From Ruditapes philippinarum (Eukaryota), in assembly GCF_026571515.1 (NCBI RefSeq), contig NW_026866839.1:1-64000 (forward strand): 64,000 nucleotides of DNA, given 5' to 3'. Under the pieces are notes generated by a model, which saw only the letters and a list, made by a program, of their open reading frames with translations, ran no database searches and was not told the origin of the DNA. The position numbers and the translations under genes are program-made. The stretch's first letter is position 1. Each line of letters begins with the position of its first letter. Shown here piece after piece: positions 62,281-64,000 of this stretch.

Positions 62281-64000
62281 TGTGTTACGATATCAAGATC
62301 AGATAACTCTGTGCATAACGGGATTTCTTCCCTTTACTTGATATTCATTAATGCTTTATTATATATATGATCATGCCTCTCTGATACCTGGGCATTCTCA
62401 CTTGAGCTCTGGTCTTTACAACATGGATTAAATGGTTATAATAGAGTAGTAGAATAGTTTGAATCTTGTCATCATCCATACAACATAACATATCGTAAAC
62501 TAATATTTCAGTTAAAATAACGGGCTTTTTATGAAACCAATAAAAAGGAAATTGGAAATGTTCATTTTTATTTTTGTTCTTAAAAAATTGTGATGACACA
62601 GTGAAAAAGTAATTAATGTCCCATAAGCCCGTTCTACAAGTAACAATATTTTTTACATTTTACCAAAATAACAAAAACAATATTCATACTCGTATTCAAT
62701 CAATCTATTTAATGTCTGATGAAGTATCTAGTTTTAAATCAAGACAGTATCTAGTTTTAAATCAAGACATTGAAAAAGGTCTCTATTTTAATTGTAATAT
62801 TTGGTCACTTCATGGTCAATATGTTACGCATAATAACCTGCTTTCGTTGTCAGTTTTCTTTTAATTAAAATTTGTGGACATTATGATGTGTACATATTTT
62901 TTGTAATAGTTCAGAGACTTAGAATAACATGAATTCGTCTATATATAAAATAAGATAATAAGACTTACTTTTCACTGCAGATCAACTTTTCCCAAAAAGA
63001 TAGAGATGTATAATTACGACATTTACTCATGGAAGATAAAAAAAACCTCAAATGTGTGAATGTTAAACAAATGAATAAAAAATCTAGAGTTTTTATAATT
63101 TGTTACCTTTATTTGATAATTCAACCATAAATTTAAGCATCGAAATATTTTCCTTAAAGCAAAATTTTCAAAAACTTTTTAATGAATGTAAATATATTAC
63201 AATTACATTTACCAGTTAAATAACTGAATTCCATTTTTGAAAAAAAAAATTTGCTTTTCATAAAAAGTTACAACAATAACAAAACAACAACAACAACAAA
63301 AACACAAACAAATGTAAAACAACAGAAATACTTTGTTTAATCTAGCCATTTTTGTCAAAGCTATAATGCTGAAATTTCAATAAGTCATCTTCCTTATTTA
63401 CTTATTTACTTCAAGCCATGTTTGTATTATTATTTTTTGTTTTGTTGATTGTTCACTCTTATGCCCTTAAGGGTCATGAGTTTGTTTTATAAATAAAAAA
63501 AAGAAAAACAAACAAATGCGAATATATACCTGTTAAAATCATTGACAAGTTTATTGAAATATGAAACAGGAACTTTGGGATTCCAACACGTATTTTGACG
63601 AATAAAATTAAGAAAAAAACAACAACATGGTTCACAATTATCTCCATTATAATGGACTAGTCTTAAGTGTACGTTAATTCCTACTGGCTTTCTAATTTGA
63701 AAGGCAAACAATCAACATTTTCATTAAATATATACATGATATACATTTTTTAATGATTTGATGCAGAACTAGAAGCTTTAAAACTGACTTTAATATGATT
63801 TAGAATCCTTAATACAAATTGACAAACTTACATATAGAATCTGGAAAAAAATGTTACAGTGAAAAATAATACTTTGCATAAATATTTAAAACACGATTCC
63901 CTCCCTTAAATCAGTATTTAATGAAATTTCAAAATGAATAAGATCTATATACTTTTAATCTAACTGTTTGCATGCATCAAATCGTTAATGCATTACAAAA

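Overview
AT-rich eukaryotic (animal) genomic DNA with GT-AG splice signals, microsatellites and many non-autonomous elements. The repeat types and the gene family suggest a bivalve mollusc (inference). Most of the window is a segmental duplication: unit A is ~1.2-21.1 kb and unit B is ~33.4-61.6 kb. Each unit has a secreted discoidin/CBM32 + clan GH-A glycoside hydrolase gene (+) facing tail-to-tail a cGAS-like receptor gene (Mab-21/cGLR nucleotidyltransferase with TPR-like tail, -). There are three long cGLR copies: one intact (54809-56917), one with a C-terminal frameshift, and one with an internal deletion plus a stop. Three further cGLR remnants are decayed. The cGLR promoters share an ISRE + kappaB + CRE motif cluster. 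The second hydrolase copy is split by a 10.3-kb insertion (40504-50799) bounded by a single 4-bp target-site duplication (CAAG). That insertion is a chimera of a Ty3/Gypsy retrotransposon and a tandem array of miniature LTR elements (TRIM). Each 145-bp mini-LTR holds a tRNA-Lys-derived Pol III cassette and is separated from the next by its own tRNA-Lys PBS and PPT. This helper/parasite chimera is the most striking feature. All calls come from reading the sequence; no searches were run.
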